Shown: positions 29,477 to 39,557 of the stretch, piece after piece
How positions within the stretch are numbered: position 1 is the first letter of the stretch
How the letters are laid out: every line of letters starts with the position of its first letter
From: Candidatus Foliamicus sp.
GTDB lineage: Bacteria > Pseudomonadota > Gammaproteobacteria > Steroidobacterales > Foliamicaceae
DNA: 64,000 nucleotides
NCBI GenBank assembly: GCA_965261845.1
Contig: OZ253475.1
Location: 3,238,152-3,302,151 of the forward strand
Reading direction: 5' to 3'
The notes under the pieces: generated by a model
Told to the model about the DNA's origin: nothing
Seen by the model: only the letters and a program-made list of their open reading frames with translations
Database searches by the model: none
Made by a program: the position numbers and the translations under genes

Positions 29477-30814
29477 CTATACGCCGTCATCGGCCAAGCC
29501 ACGGATACGCGGTTCCAGATCAGCCGGCGCTACGTACGCATAACTTCTGCCGTCGGACCGCTTGCGCTCCAGGAGACCACACTTCGCCAGCTCCAGAAGG
29601 TCGCTGCGGGCGGTGCCGTTTGCGACGTTATGGCTGGTGCGGTGGGAGCGTACGGTGTAGCGCGTTGAGGGATGTTTGAGGGCGTGGGCCAGCAGGGCCA
29701 GCTGTCTGTGGTTGAAGCTTGTCGAGTGCGTGAGCATGTTCTCGACCGCCTCACACTGCTCTGTTTTCTCGGCGATGTATTGTTCCACCCCATTGATGGC
29801 GCGCAGCAGCAGCACAGCCTGATGCGCGAGGAAGTAGGTCAGGTCGGCGCCGTCGGTCTCGGTATGCAGAAAAGAGCGGGCGTAACGGGTGGGCGCGTAT
29901 GCCATGTGCCAGCTTATGGAGATGAACTCAAACAGGCGGTAGTTGGAGCGAAGTGCGGACCAGTAGAACAGGGCGCGGGCGGTTCGCCCATTGCCGTCGG
30001 CGAAAGGGTGGTCGTACGCCAGCCAGAAATGCAGCGCGATGGCGCGAACAATGGGATGTATGAAAGCCTGGTCTTCATCTTCCTGGTTGGCGAAGCGGAT
30101 CATCCGCTGCACACGTACCGGCAGCTCCTTCGCCGCGGGTGGCCGATGCAGAACTTTTCCGCCGGTGACATCGGACACATGAACCCGCTCGTCTCCGGGC
30201 TGCTGGAGGCGGCCCGCATTCGCCGGATCGTCCAGCGTTTCCCTGGTAACCATGGCGTGCAGTTCCAGCAGACCGTCCCGCGAGAGCGGCTGGTCCGCCA
30301 TGTGACGAACGGATTGCATCGCCCGATAGTTGTTGGCGATCATCCGCTCGCTGTGATCCCTGGGCCGGCGCCCGGAACGGAGCATTTCCACGCCATCCGC
30401 CTGAGTGGTGGAAGCCCCCTCAAGGCGGCTGGATGCGATCGCTTCATGGATGAGCGAGTTGATAATGAATCGATCCTGTTCATCGGGCAGCTTGGCCGCT
30501 TTCAACCCGCTCATCCGGCTGTCAATGCGATGCAGCGCCTCCAGCGCGAGGTCGGGAAGCATGAATACGAACGGGCGCCCGTTCAAGTCGGCAAGGGGCA
30601 GGGTGCGGTATTGGCTGCTGCGGGCCAGCTTTATCGCCAGCCACCATTGTTCGTTGCTGAGGCCTCCGGGCGCCGGGCGATGGCGCAACTCGTCCCAATG
30701 CAAATAGCGGCCCCTGATGGTTGGGGACTTCCAGGACTGCAGGATGCTTGCCAGGTTGTCCGAATGCCGCGGCAGCAGGGTGGCGACAGGTTCCGGCGCA
30801 AGTGGCGGCTTCAT
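29477..30814 (-). CDS. Fic-domain protein with internal inhibitory motif and C-terminal HTH-like region
   Basis: HPFADGNGRTAR catalytic motif; SSRLEG matches (S/T)xxxE(G/N). Confidence 0.92.
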   Translation of the reverse strand: MKPPLAPEPVATLLPRHSDNLASILQSWKSPTIRGRYLHWDELRHRPAPGGLSNEQWWLAIKLARSSQYRTLPLADLNGRPFVFMLPDLALEALHRIDSRMSGLKAAKLPDEQDRFIINSLIHEAIASSRLEGASTTQADGVEMLRSGRRPRDHSERMIANNYRAMQSVRHMADQPLSRDGLLELHAMVTRETLDDPANAGRLQQPGDERVHVSDVTGGKVLHRPPAAKELPVRVQRMIRFANQEDEDQAFIHPIVRAIALHFWLAYDHPFADGNGRTARALFYWSALRSNYRLFEFISISWHMAYAPTRYARSFLHTETDGADLTYFLAHQAVLLLRAINGVEQYIAEKTEQCEAVENMLTHSTSFNHRQLALLAHALKHPSTRYTVRSHRTSHNVANGTARSDLLELAKCGLLERKRSDGRSYAYVAPADLEPRIRGLADDGV

Positions 30815-30903
30815 GGCTACCTTCAATACTTGCCAGTTATGCGAAAACTGACAAGTATTGTGCGTTAGCTGTCAAAATATGTCAATATCAACAATAATAA
30901 CAT

Positions 30904-30933
30904 ATCAGGATTGATTCTTGTCAATCTCCTGAT
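30904..30933. terminator. Hairpin just downstream of ilvC, possible terminator
   Basis: ATCAGGA-TTGA...TCAA-tc-TCCTGAT, followed on the minus strand by an AT-rich run. Confidence 0.4.
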
Positions 30934-30949
30934 CGAGATTCGGGCTGGA

Positions 30950-31936
30950 TTAGTCTTTTGGCAGCCAGTTCATCATCTTGCGCAGGTTGGCGCCCACGGC
31001 CTCGATCGGATGCGAGGCGCTCCTGGCGCGCAGTTCGTGCAAGCGGGGCTCGCCGTTCTCGAACTCTTCGATCCATTCGCGAGCGAAGGCGCCGGATTGG
31101 ATGTCGTTCAGCACTTCCTTCATGGCCTTGCGGGCGGCCTCGCCCACAACCTTGGGGCCGCGTGAGTAGTTGCCGTATTCCGCCGTGTCGCTAATCGAAT
31201 AGTTCATGCGTTTCAATCCGCCCTCGTAGTACAGGTCCACGATCAGCTTGAGTTCGTGCAGCACTTCGAAGTACGCCAGTTCTGGCGGATAGCCTGCTTC
31301 CACCAGGGTCTCGAAGCCGGCCTTGATCAGTTCCTCCGAACCTCCGCAAAGCACGGCCTGCTCGCCGAACAGGTCGGTCTCGGTCTCGTCCTTGAAGTTG
31401 GTCTCGATAACTCCGGCGCGGATGCCGCCAATGGCGTCGGCGTAGCTCAGCGCAAGGTCCAGCGCGCCGCCGGTGGCGTCCTGGTGTACCGCGGCCAGGC
31501 ACGGCACGCCTGCCCCCTGCAGATACATCCGGCGCACCAAGTGCCCCGGGCTTTTCGGCGCCACCATGAACACGTCCACATCGGCAGGCGGCTTGATCTG
31601 GCCGTAGAGCACGCTGAAGCCATGACTTACGGCCAAGGCCTGGCCGGCCTTCAGGTTGGGCGCTACGGCCGATTCGTAAACGCGCCGATGGTGCTGATCG
31701 GGTACCAGGACCATGACCACGTCGCCCCAGGCGGCGGCCGCGTCCATGTCGAGCACGCTCAAGCCTTGGGAAGTTGCCTTTTCGAGCGATGCCGAGCCGT
31801 CGCGCAGCCCCACCACGACCTGAACGCCGCTCTCCTTCAGGTTTAATGCGTGCGCATGCCCCTGGCTTCCATAGCCCAGCACCGCCACCTTGCGGCCGCG
31901 AATGATGGACAAGTCGGCTTCGTAATGAATCTTCAT
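30950..31936 (-). CDS. ilvC: Ketol-acid reductoisomerase (short class I)
   Basis: [48 protein letters not shown]. Start trimmed to MKIHYEAD. Confidence 0.97.
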   Translation of the reverse strand: MKIHYEADLSIIRGRKVAVLGYGSQGHAHALNLKESGVQVVVGLRDGSASLEKATSQGLSVLDMDAAAAWGDVVMVLVPDQHHRRVYESAVAPNLKAGQALAVSHGFSVLYGQIKPPADVDVFMVAPKSPGHLVRRMYLQGAGVPCLAAVHQDATGGALDLALSYADAIGGIRAGVIETNFKDETETDLFGEQAVLCGGSEELIKAGFETLVEAGYPPELAYFEVLHELKLIVDLYYEGGLKRMNYSISDTAEYGNYSRGPKVVGEAARKAMKEVLNDIQSGAFAREWIEEFENGEPRLHELRARSASHPIEAVGANLRKMMNWLPKD

Positions 31937-32036
31937 ATCGGTTCCCTTGCTGAATGTCGGAATCCTGGACCCCCGGCGGGCTTGGGGCACAGGAGTGTTC
32001 GCAACGGTCTCGCTACGCTGAGCCCAGGGAACGACG

Positions 32037-32088
32037 CTGGGCACGAGGGCTTCCAGCCCTCGGAGGACAGGATGTCCTCCCTCCCAGG
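32037..32088. repeat. REP-like palindromic element, diverged copy
   Basis: CTGGG-cac-GAGGGC-ttcca-GCCCTC-g-GAGGAC-aggat-GTCCTC-cct-CCCAG; same architecture as 39476-39530 and 50171-50229. Confidence 0.8.
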
Positions 32089-32092
32089 GAGC

Positions 32093-32701
32093 CTAGCGGC
32101 CTTTTCCATGCAAGTCCTCGCCGCGGATGGGCTGCGCCGCTCTTTGCATGGCGACGCGTCCGGAGCGCGCGACCTCCTCTATCCCGTGCCGCCTCATCAG
32201 GTTGACGAAGGCGTCCACTTTCTTGGAGGGGCCGACAATTTCCAGGGCCAGAATGTCCGCTGTTACGTCCACCACCCGGCCGCGAAATATCTCGTTGATC
32301 TGCAGAACCTCGGATCGTTGGTCGCCGCGGCAGCGCACCTTGATCATGCACAGTTCCCGCTCGACGAAATCGGTTCCGGTGACGTCATAAACCTCGATCG
32401 TGTCCACCAGCCGGTTGAGCTGGCGCAGAATCTGCGAGATTACGCGGTCGTTGCCACGCGTGACGATGCACATGCGGGAAATCGTCGGATCGTCGGTCAC
32501 GCCCACGGTCACGCTGTGCAGGTTGAATCCGCGGGCGGAGAACATGTTCACTACCCGGATCAGCGCGCCCATGGAGTTTTCCACCAGCACGTTGATGATG
32601 TGCTGGTGGTCCTTCGAAGGCGCGCCCGGCTCCACGGGCTCGCCCGCGGCCCGCTTGCGGATCAGCTGCTGCGGCGTGAGGGTTATGGAGGCGTCGTTCA
32701 T
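32093..32701 (-). CDS. ilvN: Acetolactate synthase small subunit with N-terminal extension
   Basis: HIINVLVENSMGALIRVVNMFSARGFNLHSVTVG, VERELCMIKV, EVARSGRVAM. Confidence 0.95.
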   Translation of the reverse strand: MNDASITLTPQQLIRKRAAGEPVEPGAPSKDHQHIINVLVENSMGALIRVVNMFSARGFNLHSVTVGVTDDPTISRMCIVTRGNDRVISQILRQLNRLVDTIEVYDVTGTDFVERELCMIKVRCRGDQRSEVLQINEIFRGRVVDVTADILALEIVGPSKKVDAFVNLMRRHGIEEVARSGRVAMQRAAQPIRGEDLHGKGR

Positions 32702-34491
32702 ACGAAAGTCTCGGGCGCGTGCCGCGAAGTGATCATTTCATCCGAAGACTTGCCGGCCGGGACCATGGGGAAAACCATCTCTTCCTTGACCACCCGGAAT
32801 TCCATTACCACGGGACGGTCGTTGATCGCCCAGGCTTTCTCAATGATGTCGTCGACCTCGGCCGGGCTATCCGCGCGGAAAGCCGCGCAACGGCTGGCGC
32901 GCGCAAGCATCACGAAGTCGGGATTGGTATCGGTGAGATCAGTGTGACTGAAGCGGTTCTCATGAAACAGCTCCTGCCACTGGCGCACCATGCCCAAGAA
33001 GTTGTTGTTCATGATCACGATCTTCAGCGGCACGCCGTGGGCCGCGGCCACCCCCAGTTCCTGGGCGTTCATCATGAATCCGCCGTCGCCGTTGATGGAG
33101 ATCACCGTCTTGTCGATCCCGTAGGCACGCAAACCCATTCCTGCGCCCAGCGCGGCGGGCAGCGAGAAGCCCATGGTTCCCAGGCCGCCCGAGGTGATGT
33201 GCGAGCGCGGCTGGGTGTATTTCAGATACTGCGCGGCCCACATCTGGTTCTGGCCCACGTCGGTTACCACCACCGCATTGCCGCCGCTTTTGGCTCGCAA
33301 CCGTTCCAACACGAACTGCGGGCGCAAATCGCCGTCTTCCACATAGCTCAGGGGGCATTCATCCCGCCAATCCTGAATCCTGTTGAGCCAACGCTTGACC
33401 TTCTTCGGCCGCAGCAACGGGAGCAGCCTCTCCAGCACCGATCTCACATCGGCATTGAAGGCAAGGTCTGCATAGATGTTCTTGGAAATGCAGGACTGGT
33501 CGATCTCGATATGAATGATCGACGCGTGCGGCGCCCAGCCATCCACCAGTCCGGTGACCCGGTCATCGAAGCGGGCGCCCGCGGCGATGATGAGGTCGGC
33601 GTGCTGCACCGCTTGATTGGCCCACCAGGTGCCGTGCATTCCAAGCATTCCCAGCGACAGCGGGTCATCTTCCGGGAATGCGCCAAGGCCATGCAGGCTG
33701 GTGGTTACCGGAATTTTGAGATGGCGGGCCATTTCGGTCAGCACTTCCGCGGCGTTGGAGTTGATCGTTCCGCCCCCCACGTACAGCAGCGGGCGCTGTG
33801 AAGACTCGATCATCCGCACCGCGCGGCGCAGGCGAATGTCGTCGCACTGGTCGGGAACCGAGTAACCGCGCATGCGGATCTCATCGTAGTACTGGAACAC
33901 GCCTTCGGCCATCAGAACGTCCTTGGGCATGTCCACCACGACCGGCCCCGGGCGTCCGGTCCGGGCGAGGTGATAGGCCTCGTGCACGATGCGCGGGATG
34001 TCGTCGGGCGAGCGCACCAGGTAGTTGTGCTTGGTGATGCTGCGGGTTACGCCCAGCGTGTCGCATTCCTGGAAGGCGTCGTTGCCGATCAGCGGCATAG
34101 GCACCTGACCGGTGAACACCACGATGGGTACCGAGTCCATGAAGGCGTCGGCGATTCCGGTTACGGTGTTGGTTGCCCCGGGGCCGCTGGTCACCAGCAC
34201 GGTACCGACCCGGCCGGTGGCCTTGGCGTAGCCTTCGGCGGCATGCGTGCCGCCCTGCTCATGGCGCACCAGTACATGCTTGAAGTTGGGCTTCACGCGC
34301 GCCATTTCGTCATACACGTGAATTACCGCGCCGCCGGGATGTCCGAAGACAACCCGCGCATCCTCCGCTTCCAGCGCGTGGAGAAAAATTTCCGCGCCCG
34401 ACATCTTCTTGCCGATGTATTGCTGCACGGCGGCCTTGCCGCGCAGGCGCTGCGGCGATTCCGCCACCGCTGCGGTGCTGGCGCTAGGCAT
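32698..34491 (-). CDS. ilvB: Acetolactate synthase large subunit
   Basis: [58 protein letters not shown]. Confidence 0.97.
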   Translation of the reverse strand: MPSASTAAVAESPQRLRGKAAVQQYIGKKMSGAEIFLHALEAEDARVVFGHPGGAVIHVYDEMARVKPNFKHVLVRHEQGGTHAAEGYAKATGRVGTVLVTSGPGATNTVTGIADAFMDSVPIVVFTGQVPMPLIGNDAFQECDTLGVTRSITKHNYLVRSPDDIPRIVHEAYHLARTGRPGPVVVDMPKDVLMAEGVFQYYDEIRMRGYSVPDQCDDIRLRRAVRMIESSQRPLLYVGGGTINSNAAEVLTEMARHLKIPVTTSLHGLGAFPEDDPLSLGMLGMHGTWWANQAVQHADLIIAAGARFDDRVTGLVDGWAPHASIIHIEIDQSCISKNIYADLAFNADVRSVLERLLPLLRPKKVKRWLNRIQDWRDECPLSYVEDGDLRPQFVLERLRAKSGGNAVVVTDVGQNQMWAAQYLKYTQPRSHITSGGLGTMGFSLPAALGAGMGLRAYGIDKTVISINGDGGFMMNAQELGVAAAHGVPLKIVIMNNNFLGMVRQWQELFHENRFSHTDLTDTNPDFVMLARASRCAAFRADSPAEVDDIIEKAWAINDRPVVMEFRVVKEEMVFPMVPAGKSSDEMITSRHAPETFV

Positions 34492-36241
34492 GGGTCAGTT
34501 CCTCTTGCGGACGTTTGGAAGCAGAGCGCGCCTTTTCCTCGTTCGGATTCCCGCTTGCGCGGGAATGACGGGGCACGCGCAAAATGGCGCCGGTGGAAGC
34601 GCTGGTCACGAAGTGCGTGTAACGCTCCAGCCAGCCGCCCTTTATTTTCGGTCGAAACGCCGTGAGACGCTCGCGGCGGCGGTCGAGTTCCTCGCCATCC
34701 ACGTCCAGGTCCACGCGGCGTTGTTCCAGATCGATGACGATTCGATCACCCTGTTCCAGCAACGCGATGGGCCCGCCGGCTGCCGCCTCGGGAGAAATGT
34801 GGCCAATCGATAGACCGCGCGTGGCGCCGGAGAACCGCCCGTCGGTGAGCAGAGCCGCGGAAGTGTCCAGTCCCATGCCCGCTATCGCCGATGTGGGCTG
34901 CAGCATTTCCGGCATACCCGGTCCGCCGCGCGGACCCTCGTAGCGAATCACCACGACGTCGCCTTCGAGGACTTCGCCGGCCATTATTCCGGTTACTGCT
35001 TCGTCCTGCGATTCGTAGATGCGCGCGCGTCCCTCGAAGCAATGCATGTGCGGCGCGACTGCGCCGACCTTGATGATCGCTCCCTCCGGCGCCAGGGAAC
35101 CGAACAGCACGCACAGGCCCCCGGTGTCGCGAAACGCAGTGCTGCGATCGCGAATTACCGACCGGTTGCGCACTTTGGCGTCCTTGAGTTGCTCGCGCAG
35201 ATTGCCGGCCACCGTGGGGCGATCCGAGTTAAGCAGACCTGCGGCCTCGAGTTCCTTGAGTATCGCCTGCACGCCGCCCGCCTGTTCCACGTCCTCCATG
35301 TGAACGTCCGGAGTGGCGGGTGAAACCTTGCAGATATAGGGCACGCGGTCGGACATCCGGTTGATCCTGTCCAGGTCGTACGGCACCTCCGCTTCGTGAG
35401 TGGCCGCCAGGAGGTGCAACACCGTGTTGGTGGACCCACCCATCGCCATGTCCAGCGCAAATCCGTCGTCAAAGGCCTCGGCGGTGAGGATGTCACGGGG
35501 TTTCAGATCCTGTTTGACCAACGCGACGATCCGCTCGCCGGCCTTGCGCACCAGTTTCTCGCGCCTGGGGTCGACGGCCAGGATGGAGCCGTTGCCGGGA
35601 AGCGCCAGGCCCAGGGCCTCCATCAGGCAGTTCATGGAGTTGGCGGTGAACATTCCGGAACAGGAACCGCAGGTAGGACAGCTCAGCGCCTCCAGTTCGG
35701 CGATATCCGAATCACTCATTTCCCCGGTCTGATGACGGCCCACGGCCTCGAACACGCTGGCCAGGTCCACTTTCTGGCCACCGGGCAGCTTCCCGGCTTT
35801 CATCGGACCGCCGGACACGAAGATCGTTGGGATGTTGATTCTCAGCGCTCCCATCAGCATGCCGGGAACGATCTTGTCGCAGTTGGAAATGCACACCAGG
35901 CCGTCGAGGCGATGGGCCTCGGCCATAGTCTCTACCGAGTCGGCAATCAACTCGCGCGAAGGCAAGGAGTAGCGCATGCCGATATGGCCCATGGCGATGC
36001 CGTCGTCTACGCCGATGGTGTTGAACTCGAAGGGCAGGCCGCCGGCATCGCGTACCGCGTCGCGAGCGGTCGCGCCAAGTTTTTGCAGGTGTACGTGGCC
36101 GGGAATCAGCTCCACAAAGGAATTGCAGATGCCGATAAAGGGACGCTCGAAGTCCTCGTCTTCGCGCACCACGCCGGTGGCGCGCAGCAGGGACCGGTGT
36201 GGCGCTCTTTCGATGCCACGCTTTATCGTGTCGCTTCTCAT
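34484..36241 (-). CDS. ilvD: Dihydroxy-acid dehydratase
   Basis: Start trimmed to [23 protein letters not shown]; [50 protein letters not shown]. Confidence 0.97.
   Translation of the reverse strand: MRSDTIKRGIERAPHRSLLRATGVVREDEDFERPFIGICNSFVELIPGHVHLQKLGATARDAVRDAGGLPFEFNTIGVDDGIAMGHIGMRYSLPSRELIADSVETMAEAHRLDGLVCISNCDKIVPGMLMGALRINIPTIFVSGGPMKAGKLPGGQKVDLASVFEAVGRHQTGEMSDSDIAELEALSCPTCGSCSGMFTANSMNCLMEALGLALPGNGSILAVDPRREKLVRKAGERIVALVKQDLKPRDILTAEAFDDGFALDMAMGGSTNTVLHLLAATHEAEVPYDLDRINRMSDRVPYICKVSPATPDVHMEDVEQAGGVQAILKELEAAGLLNSDRPTVAGNLREQLKDAKVRNRSVIRDRSTAFRDTGGLCVLFGSLAPEGAIIKVGAVAPHMHCFEGRARIYESQDEAVTGIMAGEVLEGDVVVIRYEGPRGGPGMPEMLQPTSAIAGMGLDTSAALLTDGRFSGATRGLSIGHISPEAAAGGPIALLEQGDRIVIDLEQRRVDLDVDGEELDRRRERLTAFRPKIKGGWLERYTHFVTSASTGAILRVPRHSRASGNPNEEKARSASKRPQEELTHA
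34545..34570. repeat. dRS3/RPE-like short palindromic element inside the ilvD 3' end
   Basis: ATTCCC-GCTTGCGC-GGGAAT at 34547-34566, within GGATTCCCGCTTGCGCGGGAATGACG. Confidence 0.75.
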
Positions 36242-36377
36242 TCTTCCAGGCCTGGGTTTACCTGCGCCGGCGCAAGGCGCCAGCCAAGCAAAACATCTTA
36301 CATCAGCTACCTTTCGGTTGAGTAATTGATGAAAGGGCGTAACATCCCTCGAATACCTCGACATCGCAAGCTTTTGC

Positions 36378-37685
36378 ATGGCTGATCGAATCGATACAGG
36401 CTCGACTTCATTTCGCTTTGTACTGGTAGGCGCTCTCACCCTTGCGTCGCTGATTCCCTTGGGCCTGGTCAGTTGCGTTGCCTCGGATCGTAGCGCCAAC
36501 TATGAAAGCGCGGTAAACAATATCGGGATGTCCTGGGGCAAGGAGCAACAAATCAGCGGCCCTGTCATCCTGATTCCGCTCGAAATCAAAAAGGAAGAAA
36601 ACGCCGCCTTCGTTGCGGTGATGCCCAAGACGCTCCAACTGCGTATGGCGGCAAGCCACCAAGTCCGGCAAAGAGGAATTTTCGAAGTGCCGGTCTTCGA
36701 GATCGAAGCAGTCGCCAGCGGGTCATTTCCCGCGGTGGATCTCGACTCCCTGGAACAACGCTACGGCCCCCTGCGAGCGGGTCAAGCGGCTATTTCGGTG
36801 GGTATTGCGGATACCCGCGGCATTCGCAGCGCCGATCTCAGATGGGGCGGCAAGAAAATGGATCTCATCACCCTGCCCAATGGGCCGTTCGGTAGTGGAA
36901 TCTCTGCTCCACTTGGCCGTTCCCTGGGCAACGTCGTCGAAATCGACATGAATGGCAGCGACTTTGAGGTGGATTTGAGTCTACGAGGCACCCGCCGTTT
37001 CTCGGTGGTGGCCAACGGTGACACTTCCAACATCACAATGGAGTCAACCTGGCCCCATCCGAGTTTTACGGGGCGGTTCTTGCCCGACGAGCGGGAAGTG
37101 GGGCCGGATGGCTTTACCGCTTCCTATACCGTGAGCGGGCTGGCCCGCGGATTTCCGAGCATTTTTCGAGTCTCCGCATCCAAGCGCAACAACGACTTCG
37201 CCAGCGAGAGTCTGGGATTTGAAGTGTTTGAACCCGTGAACCTGTACAGCTCGGTGCAGCGCAGCGTGAAGTACGGCATCCTGTTCGTGGCCCTGACTCT
37301 GGTCGGTCTGCTGTGCCTGGAACTCTCTACCGGCATCCGCTTCCATTTCGTTCAGTACGCCGTGACCATCATTGCGCTGGCGATGTTCTTCATGACCCTG
37401 CTGGCGCTGGCCGAATACATCGGGTTCACGCCCAGTTACCTCCTGTCCGCTGCGTTGCTCACGGGCATGATCACCTGGTATGCGAACGGGACCATCAGGA
37501 AGCGCCGTCTGACCGCCATGGTAGCCACGATGCTGGCGGCGCTGTACGCGGTGATGTACCTGTTGCTGCGCCTGGAGTCGTATTCCCTGCTGGTGGGAAC
37601 GGCTGTACTGTTGCTTACGCTCGCGATACTCATGCGCACGACTCGGCGACTCACCCCTGTGGCCGAGGGCGACGGCAAGGACTGA
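36378..37685 (+). CDS. creD: Inner-membrane protein CreD
   Basis: [26 protein letters not shown]-like [22 protein letters not shown]-terminal TM bundle. Confidence 0.88.
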   Translation: MADRIDTGSTSFRFVLVGALTLASLIPLGLVSCVASDRSANYESAVNNIGMSWGKEQQISGPVILIPLEIKKEENAAFVAVMPKTLQLRMAASHQVRQRGIFEVPVFEIEAVASGSFPAVDLDSLEQRYGPLRAGQAAISVGIADTRGIRSADLRWGGKKMDLITLPNGPFGSGISAPLGRSLGNVVEIDMNGSDFEVDLSLRGTRRFSVVANGDTSNITMESTWPHPSFTGRFLPDEREVGPDGFTASYTVSGLARGFPSIFRVSASKRNNDFASESLGFEVFEPVNLYSSVQRSVKYGILFVALTLVGLLCLELSTGIRFHFVQYAVTIIALAMFFMTLLALAEYIGFTPSYLLSAALLTGMITWYANGTIRKRRLTAMVATMLAALYAVMYLLLRLESYSLLVGTAVLLLTLAILMRTTRRLTPVAEGDGKD

Positions 37686-37757
37686 CCGAGGGCCGCATGC
37701 ACTCTCTCACGCGGTGCCCGGGAAACGCCTTCCATTGAAGTTGCATTGGGGAATGCC

Positions 37758-38618
37758 ATGAGAAAAACTCTTACGCTGGCCTTGCTGGGACCGCTGCTGC
37801 TGGCGTGGACCGCCGAAGCCGGGGCGCAGGACTGGAGCAAGGAATACGAGACCACCAGGATTTCCGAGCGCCTCTACACGTTCTGGCGCCGCGGTGTGCG
37901 AAACATCTTCGTGGTTACGGACGAGGGCGTTATTGCAACCGACCCGATCAGCCCGGAAACCGCCGCCGTTTACCGGGCGGAGATTGCCAAGGTCACGGAT
38001 CAGCCGGTGCGCTACGTGATCTACAGCCACGAGCACTGGGACCATGTGCTGGGCGGGCAGATTTTCAAGGACGAGGGCGCCGAATTCATCAGCCACGAGA
38101 ATTGCGTGAAGTTCTTCTTCCGCAATCCTCACCCCGACCTTGTGATTCCGGATCGGACAGTGTCCGGCAATACCTCTTTCAGCCTGGGCGGCGAGTCTTT
38201 CAATCTCATGTACCTGGGAGAGAACCATGGCGACTGTCTGCTGGTATTCGAGTTTCCCGAGGAGCGCGCAATCTATCTGGCCGATCTGGCCACCGACGGG
38301 TTCGTTGGCCTCGGTACGCTGCCTGATTACGACATCGTGGATTACCTGCGTTCCATGCGCGAGATTGAAGCAATGGACTTTGACCTGATGATCGGCGCGC
38401 ATGGTCCGGCGCGCGCGGGCAAGGACGCGGTCGTGATTCGGCGTCGCTGGATTGAAACGATCCGCGACGCGGTCGGCCGTGAACTCGAGGCCGGCACGCC
38501 GGTCCCGGAAATCGCCGCCAGGCTGGATTTTCCCGAATTCGCGCACCTGCGCGGCTACAGGGAACAGTTGCCCGCGTACGTGGTGCGCATGGCCCAATTT
38601 CACGCTATGGGCTGGTAG
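37758..38618 (+). CDS. Secreted metallo-beta-lactamase-fold hydrolase
   Basis: Signal peptide; YSHEHWDH; NHG; ADL; GAHG. Confidence 0.88.
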   Translation: MRKTLTLALLGPLLLAWTAEAGAQDWSKEYETTRISERLYTFWRRGVRNIFVVTDEGVIATDPISPETAAVYRAEIAKVTDQPVRYVIYSHEHWDHVLGGQIFKDEGAEFISHENCVKFFFRNPHPDLVIPDRTVSGNTSFSLGGESFNLMYLGENHGDCLLVFEFPEERAIYLADLATDGFVGLGTLPDYDIVDYLRSMREIEAMDFDLMIGAHGPARAGKDAVVIRRRWIETIRDAVGRELEAGTPVPEIAARLDFPEFAHLRGYREQLPAYVVRMAQFHAMGW

Positions 38619-38637
38619 CGGGGCCAGGCGGGCCGAC

Positions 38638-39453
38638 GTGCCCGAGCTGCCCGAAGTAGAAACCACCCGGCGCGGAATCCGCCCGGTCCTTGCCGGCGCG
38701 CTGGTCCGGCAGGTTGTGGTTCGCGAGCGGCGTCTACGCTGGCCCATCCCCCCGATAATCGAGCGCAACCTGGCCGGCGCGCGGGTGCTGGATGTACGCC
38801 GCCGGGCGAAATACCTGCTGTTCGACAGCGAGCGCGGCACGGCCATCGCTCACCTCGGCATGTCCGGCAGTTTCTCGTTGGTTGCCGCCAACCGGGAGCC
38901 GGGTCCACACGATCACTACGACTTGGTGCTCAGCGGTGGGAAGGCCTTGCGCTTTACCGATCCGCGCAAGTTCGGTTGCCTGCTCTGGGCGGGATCGGAT
39001 CCACTGCGGCACAAGCTACTGGCTGGCCTCGGGCCCGAACCGCTGGGCGCCGATTTCGACGGCGCCTGGCTCAAGAAGTGTTCCAAGGCTCGCCGGCTGG
39101 CCGTCAAGTCATTTCTGATGACAGCCTCCGTGGTTGCGGGCGTGGGCAATATTTATGCCAGCGAAGCGCTGTTTCGCGCCGGGATTCATCCGCGCCGCGC
39201 CGCCGGGCGTATCGCCCTGAGCAGGTACCAGGGTTTGGCCGCTGCCATTCGCGACGTGCTGAGTGAAGCCATAGAAGCTGGTGGCACCACCCTGCGCGAC
39301 TTTGCGGATGCCCGAGGGCGTCCGGGCTATTTCGCCCAGCACCTGGACGTGTATGACCGGGCAGGGCAGGAATGCCGCCGCTGCGGAGTTGAGATTCGTA
39401 GAGAAGTTATCGGCCAGCGGGCAAGCTATTACTGCGCGGCCTGCCAGAGGTAG
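38638..39453 (+). CDS. mutM: Formamidopyrimidine-DNA glycosylase
   Basis: GTG start, (M)PELPEVETT, RRAKYLL, HLGMSG, GVGNIYASE, C-terminal zinc finger; 271 aa. Confidence 0.97.
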   Translation: MPELPEVETTRRGIRPVLAGALVRQVVVRERRLRWPIPPIIERNLAGARVLDVRRRAKYLLFDSERGTAIAHLGMSGSFSLVAANREPGPHDHYDLVLSGGKALRFTDPRKFGCLLWAGSDPLRHKLLAGLGPEPLGADFDGAWLKKCSKARRLAVKSFLMTASVVAGVGNIYASEALFRAGIHPRRAAGRIALSRYQGLAAAIRDVLSEAIEAGGTTLRDFADARGRPGYFAQHLDVYDRAGQECRRCGVEIRREVIGQRASYYCAACQR

Positions 39454-39455
39454 CG

Positions 39456-39550
39456 CCCGGGAACCAGGGCTTCCTCCTGGGAACGAGGGCGTCCCGCCCT
39501 CGTGGAGGGCGGGACGCCCTCGTTCCCAGGGGAGATGCCCTCCTTCCCAG
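39456..39550. repeat. Compound REP-like cluster between convergent mutM and ggt
   Basis: Perfect 26-bp arms with 3-nt loop at 39476-39530, flanked by degenerate half-elements at 39456-39474 and 39532-39550. Confidence 0.9.
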
Positions 39551-39557
39551 TGGGGAT

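Noticed and set aside
36242-36377. Possible ilv attenuator leader ([12 protein letters not shown]) and GAAA-loop hairpin
   Set aside because: Only one Leu and one Ile, and no U-tailed terminator; not distinguishable from chance.
36242-36499. Long N-terminal extensions in the ORF track (ilvD; similarly ilvC, coaD, mutM, ftsE, argB, activator)
   Set aside because: They overlap neighbouring genes or lack homology. Downstream starts with RBS or stop/start coupling fit family lengths.
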